Source: Alphaproteobacteria bacterium
GTDB lineage: Bacteria; Pseudomonadota; Alphaproteobacteria; SP197
Assembly (NCBI GenBank): GCA_965221115.1
Contig: CBDCRU010000002.1
Coordinates: 4,700-68,699 of the forward strand
Length of the DNA stretch: 64,000 bases
Direction: 5' to 3'
A program made the translations under genes and the position numbers. The stretch's first letter is position 1. Every line of letters begins with the position of its first letter. Positions 52,966 through 61,293 of the stretch are shown in pieces. The notes under the pieces were generated by a model. The model searched no databases and had not been told where the DNA came from. It saw only the letters and a program-made list of their open reading frames with translations.

Positions 52966-53918
52966 GATCCGTGTCCGGTGCGGACCTGGCGCGGGTCAAT
53001 CACCTGGGCCGCCAGATCGACGATGAGATTGACGACGAGAACGATGACGGTGACCGTCATGGCCGCCGCCAGGAGCACCGGATAGTCGCGGTTGATGATC
53101 CCCACAAGGACGAGGGAACCGATTCCCGGAATGCGGAAAACGTCCTCGATGATGACGACGCTGCCGACCAGGAATCCGAACTCGACGGCACTGACGGTAA
53201 AGAACGGTATGAAGGCGTTGCGCAGCACGTGAAAGCTGACGAGGCGCAGATCGCCGACGCCCTTGGAGCGCGCCGTCTCGATGAAGTTCGAGGACATCAC
53301 CTCGATGACCGCGGTGCGCATGATGCGGATGAGGAGGCCTGAGGAGACGACCCCAAGGGCGATGCACGGCAGCAGCATGCGCTCGAGATTGCCTGCCGGA
53401 TCCTCGGCAAACGGAATGTAGCCGCCGGTGGGCAACCAGCCCAGCTGCAGCGAGAAGAACCAGATCAGCAGCGTGGCGAGCCAGAAGTTCGGCGTAGAGC
53501 CGAAGAGAGTGGCCAGTGTCGTCACCACTCCGTCGGCGCCGGTCTGGTGGCGGAATCCCGCCACCACGCCCAGGGGAATCGCGAGCACGATGGCCACCAC
53601 GAAGGCCATGCCCGCCAGCTGCAGGGTGACGGGGATCCGCTTCCTCACCTCCGGGCCGACAGGTACGGCATTCTGGAACGAGGTGCCGAAATCACCCTGC
53701 AGCGCCTTGCCGGCCCACTCCACGTACTGGACGGCGAGGGGACGGTCGAGGCCGTGCTGGTGCTCGAAACGCTTGAGTGCCTGGGGTGTGGCGTGGATGC
53801 CAAGCGCCGACAGCGCCGCTGAACCGGGAACGACGTTGACAGCGACGAACAGGATGGCCGACGCCACGATCAGCGTCGGAATGAAGGAGGCAAGCCTCCA
53901 GAAGACAAGCGCCAGCAT
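52962..53918 (-). CDS. ABC transporter permease (DppB-like)
   Basis: Starts MLALVFWRLASFIPTLIV. ARSKG EAA-loop region. ATG 53918. Confidence 0.9.
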   Translation of the reverse strand: MLALVFWRLASFIPTLIVASAILFVAVNVVPGSAALSALGIHATPQALKRFEHQHGLDRPLAVQYVEWAGKALQGDFGTSFQNAVPVGPEVRKRIPVTLQLAGMAFVVAIVLAIPLGVVAGFRHQTGADGVVTTLATLFGSTPNFWLATLLIWFFSLQLGWLPTGGYIPFAEDPAGNLERMLLPCIALGVVSSGLLIRIMRTAVIEVMSSNFIETARSKGVGDLRLVSFHVLRNAFIPFFTVSAVEFGFLVGSVVIIEDVFRIPGIGSLVLVGIINRDYPVLLAAAMTVTVIVLVVNLIVDLAAQVIDPRQVRTGHGS

Positions 53919-53976
53919 CGTCAGGTGCACCCGGTGCCGGCTCGCATGAGCCGGCACCGGAGCGCGGGGTTTGCTG

Positions 53977-55509
53977 TTACTCCAGCCAGGCGTCCTTCAG
54001 GGTCTTGAGAAACCCGGTCCGCATCGGCTTGAAGTTCTTCAGGCTGTCGCTGTGGGCCGTCAGGACCCAGCCGTTCACCACGGGAATGACGTCCATGGTC
54101 TCGAGAGAGAGTTGCTGCTGCTCGAGATAGAGCGCCTTGCGCTCCTCGACGGTGACGGCCGACTTGGCTGCCAGCATGAGATCGTCCATCTCCTGCGAAC
54201 CGCCGAGCTGCACGTTGACGGCGGATGTCGTGGCGTAGGTGTTGGTCACGAAGTCATCCGGATCCGCCAGGGGTGACAGCCAGTACATCACGGTGAGATC
54301 GAAGTTGGAGGGACCCCAGACCTCGTCCCAGTAGCGCGGCACCTCCATGGTGTCGATCGTCGCACTGAAGCCGATCTGTGCCAGGTTGGCCTGGATGATT
54401 GGCGCCATCGACATCATCGGAGGCCATGACGACACCATGGTGAGCGAGAGCGGCGTTCCTTCCGCAATCCCGGCCTCGGCCATCAGCGCCTTCGCCTTTT
54501 CAATGTCGCCTTGGGGTGCGAACTCGGAGAGTCCTGCATAGCCCCAGTTCCACTCGGGAATCACCCCGCCGACGATGGCTGTCGCCTGGCCGTAGAACGC
54601 ACCCTGCACGATCGCCGCCCGGTTGAGGGCGTGGGCAATGGCCCGCCGCACGAGAGGATTGCCCAAAGGCTCACGGGTATGGTTCGGCACCATCCAGAAG
54701 TAGCGGGATCCCTCGATCGCCGCATCGACCATGTTGTCCTGAGAGACAATGGCGCTCCAGTCCTTGGGCGGCACCTCGTTGGAGAAGTGAATCTCGCCGG
54801 ACTTCAAGCCGTTGGAAAGCGCCGTCGGGTCCGAGATGATCCGGTAGACCATGCCATCGAAATAGGGCCGTCCTTCCTCGTAGTAGTCCGCGTTCTTCTC
54901 GAAGACGATCGAATCGCGGGGCGTGTAGGAAACGAACTTGAAGGGTCCGCTGCCGACCGGATGGGCATTGAGATCCCAGTCCGATTCCACGAGATCCTTC
55001 GGCACGATCGATGAACCAGGGAAGGCCATGTAGATCTCGAACGGTCCCGTCACCCGGTTGAGCCGGAACTCGACCGTCAGGTCGTCCACCGCCACGACTT
55101 CCGCAATGGTCTCGATCTGTGAACTGTAGGCATAGCCCGAGTCGGGGGCGAGGATGCGCTCGAACGAGAAGACGACATCCTCGGCGGTCAGCGCCTCGCC
55201 GTTGTGGAACGTCAGGCCCTCGCGCAGGGTGAACGTCCACGACAGTCCATCATCCGCCTGGGACCAGGATTCGGCGATCCCGGCATAGGGCTGGGCATTC
55301 TCGTCCAGGTTGAGCAGGGTCGAATAGACCTGCTCGATCACCACGTGCGACATGCCGCTCGGGCCGCGGGCCGGATCGAATCCTCCCGGGTCGGCCGAGA
55401 ACGCCGCCACCAACGTGCCCCCGTAGGTTCCTTCCGCTGCCGCGGGACATATGAGGCCCGCCGTGGCAACGGCCGCCGCACAGCGCAGCATCCATTTTCT
55501 GACTTTCAT
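53977..55509 (-). CDS. ABC transporter substrate-binding protein, family 5 (peptide/nickel type)
   Basis: Signal peptide MKVRKWMLRCAAAVATAGLICPAAA. ATG 55509 is preceded by GAGGAGGA. Confidence 0.9.
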   Translation of the reverse strand: MKVRKWMLRCAAAVATAGLICPAAAEGTYGGTLVAAFSADPGGFDPARGPSGMSHVVIEQVYSTLLNLDENAQPYAGIAESWSQADDGLSWTFTLREGLTFHNGEALTAEDVVFSFERILAPDSGYAYSSQIETIAEVVAVDDLTVEFRLNRVTGPFEIYMAFPGSSIVPKDLVESDWDLNAHPVGSGPFKFVSYTPRDSIVFEKNADYYEEGRPYFDGMVYRIISDPTALSNGLKSGEIHFSNEVPPKDWSAIVSQDNMVDAAIEGSRYFWMVPNHTREPLGNPLVRRAIAHALNRAAIVQGAFYGQATAIVGGVIPEWNWGYAGLSEFAPQGDIEKAKALMAEAGIAEGTPLSLTMVSSWPPMMSMAPIIQANLAQIGFSATIDTMEVPRYWDEVWGPSNFDLTVMYWLSPLADPDDFVTNTYATTSAVNVQLGGSQEMDDLMLAAKSAVTVEERKALYLEQQQLSLETMDVIPVVNGWVLTAHSDSLKNFKPMRTGFLKTLKDAWLE

Positions 55510-56070
55510 GGTTCCGGTATCCTCCTCAATGAATGGAGCGGCTCTCCATGTGGCCGCTTCCAGAATGCCGTGGATGTTAGCCCGCGCCACCCGGGCGCAC
55601 AAACGTCATCACCCCTGCATCGGAGATCGCGCGGGCGAATGCCTTGCATCAGTGAACGCGAGATGCAGGTTCCCGGCAACTGTGCCAAGGTGGTGACATG
55701 TGCGGCCGCTTCACACAGCGTTTCAGCTTGCGCGATCTCCACGAGTTGCTCGACCTCATCGGATCACCGGCGAACCTGGCGCCGCGCTACAACGTGGCGC
55801 CGGGACAGCAGGTCGCGACCGTGCGCGCCGAAGATGGCGGGCGGCGACTCGCCATGACGCGCTGGGGCCTGATCCCCTCGTGGGCGAAGGAACCCAACAT
55901 CGGCTACAGGTTGATCAACGCCCGCTCGGAAACGGTGCGGACGAAACCGTCATTCCGCTCGGCCTGGCGGTCGCGCCGCTGCCTGATCCCGGCCGACGGG
56001 TTCTACGAGTGGACGGGGGAGCGCAAGGCGAGGCAGCCCTAGCTGATCACGATGAAGGAGGATGGCCTTG

Positions 56071-56076
56071 TATGAC
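56071..56076 (+). promoter_or_regulatory. -10-like hexamer TATGAC at the IS left end (half of a junction promoter)
   Basis: Only pairs with a -35 (TTGCCA, 57886..57891) when the IS ends are abutted; the spacer is then 17 nt. Confidence 0.4.
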
Positions 56077-56082
56077 CAGGTT

Positions 56083-56365
56083 TCATTCCTGTGTTTATGA
56101 AGTTATCCACAGCAGTTGAGGTCGGGAGATTGTGGACAACCGCGGCTGTGGGAGAGCCATCCGGTCTATGGTTCCAGGGAGATTCCGCTCCCCCGCGCGA
56201 GCACGCACAGGGGAGCGGGGTGTGGGGATCTCACAATCCCCGCGGAGGTCGGTCGGACCGTTTTGGCCTTGGCTTTGTAGAGCCGCAAGAGAGCTTGGTC
56301 GGCCGACCTTCCTTGGCGTCCCTCGCGTCCTGAATGGATGCCTGGGCTTGGACCGTATCATCACA
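56083..56365 (+). ncRNA. Candidate IS110 bridge RNA in the left non-coding end; extent guessed
   Basis: 315-nt non-coding leader with hairpins at 56185..56218 (9 bp) and 56224..56241 (6 bp), CCGCGG at 56140 and 56240, GCCATCC at 56156 and ATGGATG at 56334 (see findings). Confidence 0.4.
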
Positions 56366-56384
56366 AGGCGAGGAGCAAGGGACG

Positions 56385-57332
56385 ATGGACAAGGTAGTGG
56401 CAGGGATCGATGTCAGCAAGGCCAGTCTGGACATCTATGCGGCGGGCCAGGAGCGTCGTTTTGCGAACGACGCCACGAGCTGGCGGGAGCTGGGCGCGTG
56501 GCTTCGGGGGCTCGAGGTGAGCCGGGTGGTGATGGAGGCGACGGGCCGCTACCACCGCAGGGTTCACCAGTGTCTTCATGACCGGGGCTTCGAGGTCGTC
56601 CTGGTCAACCCGTTGCGGGCCCGGCGCTTCGCCGAGGCGCTGGGCCATCTGGCGAAGACCGACCGCGTCGACGCCGTGATGCTGGCCAGGCTCGGGACGG
56701 TGCTGGGGGACCTTGAGCCCGTGGCCCCTCAGGATGCCTTCCTCAACCGCCTGGAGGATCTCCTGGTGTCGCGTGCCGCGCATGTCGATGCGCGAACCAT
56801 GCTGAGGCAGATGGCGGGTGAGGTGGACGGCGAGGGCGAGACCGTCACACGAGCCTCGGTGGCCGGTCTCGATGATCAGATCGCCGTGTTGGATGCGGCG
56901 ATCGAAGCCGTGATCACCCGTGATCCCGACCAGGCCCTGCGGTACAGCATCCTGACCTCGATCCCCGGCGTCGGTCCGGTGACCGCCGCCGCCCTTCTTT
57001 GCTGGATGCCCGAACTCGGCGGTCTCGACCGTCGCCAGGCGGCATCGTTGATCGGGGTGGCGCCGGTTGCCGACGACAGCGGAGAGCATCACGGCGCCCG
57101 GCACATCCGCGGCGGGCGCCGAAGGCCACGCGATCTCCTGTTCATGGCCGCAACAGCGGCGGCACGCTTCAACGCGGACCTCAGAATCGTGTTCGAACGC
57201 CTCAAGGCCGCCGGCAAGGCCCACAAGGTCGCGATCGTCGCCGTGATGCGCAAGCTCATCGTGCTGGCGAACACCCTGCTGCGGGAACAGCGCTGCTGGT
57301 TGCCTGAAGCGCCAGCACGGTCACCGGCGTGA
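56385..57332 (+). CDS. IS110-family transposase/recombinase (DEDD RuvC-like plus Tnp domain)
   Basis: GIDVSK, VVMEATGRYH, AKTDRVDA and LTSIPGVGPVTAA. ATG 56385 follows GAGGAG. Confidence 0.9.
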   Translation: MDKVVAGIDVSKASLDIYAAGQERRFANDATSWRELGAWLRGLEVSRVVMEATGRYHRRVHQCLHDRGFEVVLVNPLRARRFAEALGHLAKTDRVDAVMLARLGTVLGDLEPVAPQDAFLNRLEDLLVSRAAHVDARTMLRQMAGEVDGEGETVTRASVAGLDDQIAVLDAAIEAVITRDPDQALRYSILTSIPGVGPVTAAALLCWMPELGGLDRRQAASLIGVAPVADDSGEHHGARHIRGGRRRPRDLLFMAATAAARFNADLRIVFERLKAAGKAHKVAIVAVMRKLIVLANTLLREQRCWLPEAPARSPA

Positions 57333-57360
57333 TCAGCGACTGAACGAAGGAGACCCCCTC

Positions 57361-57651
57361 ATGGCCCTCACGCCTGCCGAGAAGCAGCGCCGGTACCGGG
57401 AACGCCGCAAGGCCGGCATCCCTCCCGTCCACACCCGAAAGCCCCGCGACCGCCGCTCCCGCGCGCAGCGCTGGCGCGATGCCGTGGCCGAGCTCGGTGC
57501 GTTGCAGGAGCATTATCGAGACTGTCTCGACAGGCTTCCGGACTCCCTCCGCGACACGGCCTACGGAGAACGCCTGCAGATCATCGTCGAGGCCGAGATC
57601 GAAGCCCTCGAGGAGATCGAGCTGCCGTGCGGCTACGGACGGGACACATGA
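57361..57651 (+). CDS. Hypothetical 96-aa protein inside the IS right arm
   Basis: Basic N-terminus LTPAEKQRRYRERRKAG and acidic helical C-part ending LPCGYGRDT. AAGGAG lies 7 nt upstream of the ATG. Confidence 0.55.
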   Translation: MALTPAEKQRRYRERRKAGIPPVHTRKPRDRRSRAQRWRDAVAELGALQEHYRDCLDRLPDSLRDTAYGERLQIIVEAEIEALEEIELPCGYGRDT

Positions 57652-57672
57652 CACCTGGAACCCCATTGAACG

Positions 57673-57737
57673 CGGTCACGTTACCATCCCTGAAGGCGCT
57701 GGACGGCCCTGTGGCCACGCCCAACGGTCACGTTACC
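57673..57737. repeat. Two copies of CGGTCACGTTACC, 52 nt apart, in the IS right arm
   Basis: Perfect 13-mers at 57673..57685 and 57725..57737. A third partial CGGTCAC is at 57795. Confidence 0.85.
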
Positions 57738-57885
57738 GCGATCAATAGAAGACAGCCCGATCATGCTGCAGGGATCACGAACTGCATGTCTCCCCGGTCA
57801 CAGGGCACACACATTGGCAAAGTGGAACGCCAGATCGCATGTGGACAAGCACAGGAAACATCATCCTGGACACCCACAAATAACC

Positions 57886-57891
57886 TTGCCA
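57886..57891 (+). promoter_or_regulatory. -35-like hexamer TTGCCA, 13 nt from the IS right end
   Basis: See the junction-promoter finding. Confidence 0.4.
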
Positions 57892-58410
57892 GGGAACATG
57901 GATGCTCTTCTGCTTCGCCGGCCTGTGGGAGCGCTGGAGGGTGCCGGCCGGTCTGGCGCTGACAGGAGCGCTGGCCGACTTGGAGGAGGGCGACGCGCTG
58001 GAGACCTGCACCATCCTGACGACGGCAGCCAACACGGACATATCGCGGATACACCACCGCATGCCGGTGATCCTGCCGTTCGAGTCATATGAGCCATGGC
58101 TTGCGGGAGACGACATGTCTCTCGGTCCCTCTCCGCAGGACACGATGACCCTTCATCGGGTGAGTCCACTGGTGAACAAGGCCACCAACGATGATCCTCG
58201 CTGTGTCGAGCCTGTGGACTGAAAGCGGGCCCATGCACGCATTGCACCCTGATTCAGGCCGGCCACGCGTTCATCTCTGAACGACATGCCGTCCATCTCG
58301 TTCATGCAGTGTCCGGAACAAGGCGCTCATTCGGGCGCCTGGTACCGCAGATGCGCGGCCCGACATGCCGGACGACAGCATGATCATCCGTTGTGCGGGG
58401 AGGACGAGGA

Positions 58411-58830
58411 GTGAACGGCGTCGCCCTTGTGCCGGTGATCCTCGTCGCGATTGCGGCGGTCGAGGACCTGCGCCGGCAGAGGATCCCCGATCCCGTTGTC
58501 CTGGCGATCGCCGTCACCTCACCCCTCGCCGTCGTCCTTGGCGATGATCAGGATATCGCCTGGCACCTTGCCTGCGGCGGCGGCATGCTCGTCATCGGCC
58601 TTGCTCTCGCATGGTTCGGATGGCTCGGAGCCGGTGACGCGAAACTGATGGCGGCTGTTTCCTGCTGGACGGGGTTCGACGGCCTCGTCCCCTTCCTGTG
58701 CGCCACGGCACTCTGCGGCGCTCTCATCGCCCTGGCGCTCTTCCTCACCGGACGCCGGCACCGCGGCATGCCCTTCGCTCCGGCCATCGCCATCGGCACG
58801 CTCGTGGCGGTCCTTGCTCCCGGCATCTGA
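58411..58830 (+). CDS. cpaA: A24-family prepilin peptidase (CpaA-like)
   Basis: AAVEDLRRQRIPD and GAGDAKLMAA aspartyl motifs. GTG 58411 follows GGAGGA. Confidence 0.8.
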   Translation: MNGVALVPVILVAIAAVEDLRRQRIPDPVVLAIAVTSPLAVVLGDDQDIAWHLACGGGMLVIGLALAWFGWLGAGDAKLMAAVSCWTGFDGLVPFLCATALCGALIALALFLTGRRHRGMPFAPAIAIGTLVAVLAPGI

Positions 58831-58992
58831 CAACTCCGGTCATCATCCACCAGGTTCGGCGGGAACCACGCGGGCTCCGGTTCGAGGGCAGTGCCGAGAA
58901 GGCGTGTGAACGGGTTGGCGTAGCCGTTGGCCGGCAGGGCATCGCCGGCGCTCATGACGCCGAGCACGAGGAACCGCGCCCGAAGCAGGCAC

Positions 58993-60069
58993 TCAACTCC
59001 CGACCCGCGATCCGGCGAGGTCGGCGTGCTGTCTGAGCAGATCGGGAATGGTGTCCGCCGCCCGGCGGCCGAGGCCGCATTCCGTGGCGATACCGAAGCC
59101 ATCCACAATCTTCTCGGCAGCGGCGATCCGGCGCCTCGTGCCCTCGATCCCGCCGGTCATGTGCACCAGCCCCAGGTAGAGCCGGCAACCCGGTTGAAGG
59201 TCGAGATTGGAAAGCGGTGCAAAATAGGCGTGGTCGTCCCGCTCCCTGGGGACCGGCATGTGGATCCACTCGATCGAACGAAGCGCCCGAGCCGACACTC
59301 CGTTGGCGACATCGACCAGATGACCGGTATCCGCAGGCTCACAGAAGTGCTTGTGTCCCGAGTCGCCGTAGCAGAGATGGATGCCGGCCTCGACCTCCGG
59401 CGGGATGAGATCGACCAGATCGGCTGTTCGCTGGTTGATCCGGTCGAGCAGATCATCGCCCAAACGGTGTTCCCTCAGTCCTTCGAGCATTGCGAACTCG
59501 CACACCAGTTCCCATTGAATCGAAAGCCTCGACGCCGGAACCGCTTCCAGGATCTTGTCCAGCTCCCGACCGAGGGCGCAGCCATACGCTTCCTCGAAAA
59601 GCTGTTGCGATTCGGGCTCGGTGTAGAACGCGGCAACCGACAACGGGGTGGGCAAGCCAACCTGAAAGCGCACGTCCCCGGGGATGTCGCCTTCCTCACT
59701 CAGTCTGCGAAAGATGGCGAAAGATGCGATTGCCGCATCACCGTAGCCGAGATTGGGGAGCACTATCTCGTCCGCGGAGACGATGCCCTCCATGATCTCG
59801 TAGCGTGGGATCGTGTAGGGCGGCTGCAACGCATCGCTACTGCCCGACTCCCGAACCCTCATCTGGGGACTTTGGCCAATGCGGCGATACTGCCAGCGGA
59901 TCCAGTGGTCTCGTTCGCCGACTTCGCCATCCGGAAGCCGCTTCAGATGACGGCCAAGATGCGCCATGGAGGTGCGAAACATCTCCTCCGCGAAAGTGAA
60001 CGGCGCGCTGCCGACCAAGTGGACATGACCCCGACCTGCGCCACCATTCACAAGAACTCTTCCCATCAC
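58993..60069 (-). CDS. Hypothetical protein, possibly MetE/UROD-like superfamily
   Basis: 358 aa with coding-like composition. IHLCYGDSGHKHF resembles the metal-site region of cobalamin-independent methionine synthase-like proteins. Weak call. Confidence 0.5.
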   Translation of the reverse strand: MMGRVLVNGGAGRGHVHLVGSAPFTFAEEMFRTSMAHLGRHLKRLPDGEVGERDHWIRWQYRRIGQSPQMRVRESGSSDALQPPYTIPRYEIMEGIVSADEIVLPNLGYGDAAIASFAIFRRLSEEGDIPGDVRFQVGLPTPLSVAAFYTEPESQQLFEEAYGCALGRELDKILEAVPASRLSIQWELVCEFAMLEGLREHRLGDDLLDRINQRTADLVDLIPPEVEAGIHLCYGDSGHKHFCEPADTGHLVDVANGVSARALRSIEWIHMPVPRERDDHAYFAPLSNLDLQPGCRLYLGLVHMTGGIEGTRRRIAAAEKIVDGFGIATECGLGRRAADTIPDLLRQHADLAGSRVGS

Positions 60070-60082
60070 TTACCCCTCTCCA

Positions 60083-60953
60083 TCATTCACCCATGCCGTT
60101 CGGGCAACGTGCCCATCGTACGCTCCCCGGATCATGAGTCACGCGCGTAGCGGCTGGCGGCACGGGAAGCCCGAAGTGATCGCGCAGGGTTGTCCTGGAG
60201 TACGCCTCGCGAAAGAGCCCGCGCGCACGGCGCCGGCAGCACACGCCCTTGGTGACATCGTCCAACGCCTCGGGGACGTGAGCGAGAGCGATGACGACCC
60301 CGTAGCAGACGCTGCCCCCGAGCCACTCCTGCATCGTGGCGGCGATCCGCTCCGTCGTACCGCAGGAGATGAGGTAGTCCCGGGAGAACTCGAAGCTGTT
60401 GAGGAGGTCGCGAAGCATGGGCGTTGCGCGGTACTCGGGGGTGAGCATCATGCACCCGCACCCTTGCACGTCCAAGGTCAGGAGAGGTGCCGGGAATCGG
60501 ATTGTCGAGGGGGGACGACGAGGCGTCTTGACCGATGCGGTTGGTCATGATGCAGGAGCCAGCGGAGTCGTCGAAGCAGCCCACGAGGGTGTCAAGCATC
60601 GCCTTCGCCCCGGACTCCGCGCTTATCACCGTGGCTCCGGTTCCCAGCCGTCCCGGAGTCCTTGCATGGCCTCGACGCAATCCGAGGCGGTCTCGCGGTG
60701 CTCGTCGTGCGCGCCCAATTCCACTCCCACGTTCTTGGCGGAAGCCGAGGTGCCGACGGTAACCAGATTCCATCCCGCCCTGCCGCCGTTGATGTGGTCG
60801 AACGACGCGACGAAAACTCGCGAGGTTGCAGGGCTCGGTGCAGGAGGTGGAGCCGCGCGCCACCAGTTCGATACGGTGTGTGCGCACCGCCAGCCCGCCA
60901 TTGCCGACCGCGAAGACCCCGAGATTCAACCGTTGCGGTGCGACCGAACTCAT
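60083..60953 (-). pseudogene. Frameshifted and shortened luciferase-like monooxygenase (NtaA/DszA family)
   Basis: Family-like pieces lie in three frames: LNLGVFAVGNGG; FVASFDHINGGRAGWNLVT..HDEH; and GLFREAYSRTTLRDHFGLPVP. The span of ~870 nt is short of the expected ~1.3 kb. Confidence 0.65.
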
Positions 60954-61293
60954 GAGATCAGGTCAGGATGTCTGAATCTGTTCCATGGACGCCCCTACCC
61001 TCTCTTGGCGTTTACGACACCGCCAACATGGCACATCGCGACGTCGCCGGGAGGGGCGTCCACTCAATTCGTTTACTTGCACCAGACTTACATGTCATCG
61101 GGAGTTGAAGAGGCGCCGGTCGGCGCCACCGCCCCGAAGTCAGTTCCTCTGTGCAGCATCGCCCGAGGAGTGAACGGGGAGAATGACGGTGACCGGCCTC
61201 CTACTCTACCCGTGTAGAGGAGGGTTTGCCGGAGAAGTGAGCCCGGCAGGAAGATGTGCCGGACTCACCCCAAATGTCGCGGTACGGATCCCG

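Larger units (their letters stand above)
56069..57904 (+). mobile_element. IS110-family insertion sequence (1836 bp) flanked by CT/CT
   Basis: DEDD-type transposase inside. CT at 56067..56068 and 57905..57906. Deleting the element plus one CT restores the SRAP frame. No terminal inverted repeats. Confidence 0.8.
55698..58222 (+). pseudogene. SOS-response-associated peptidase (SRAP/YedK) gene, disrupted by an IS110-family insertion and an in-frame TAG
   Basis: N-part MCGRFTQ...ADGFYEW (55698..56068) and C-part FCFAGLWERW...HHRMPVIL (57907..58222). TAG at 56040..56042. Confidence 0.85.

Noticed and set aside
56334-56384. Upstream ATG (56334) as the IS110 recombinase start
   Set aside because: It would add 17 residues (MDAWAWTVSSQGEEQGT) that are not part of the conserved MxxxxGIDVSK start. 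ATG 56385 has a GAGGAG SD. The ATGGATG at 56334 is better explained as part of the non-coding RNA.
56069-57904. Terminal or subterminal inverted repeats of the IS110 element
   Set aside because: Comparing the left end with the reverse complement of the right end gave only scattered 5-6-nt similarities (CAGGTT versus AAGGTT), which is not convincing. This is consistent with the IS110 rather than the IS1111 subgroup.
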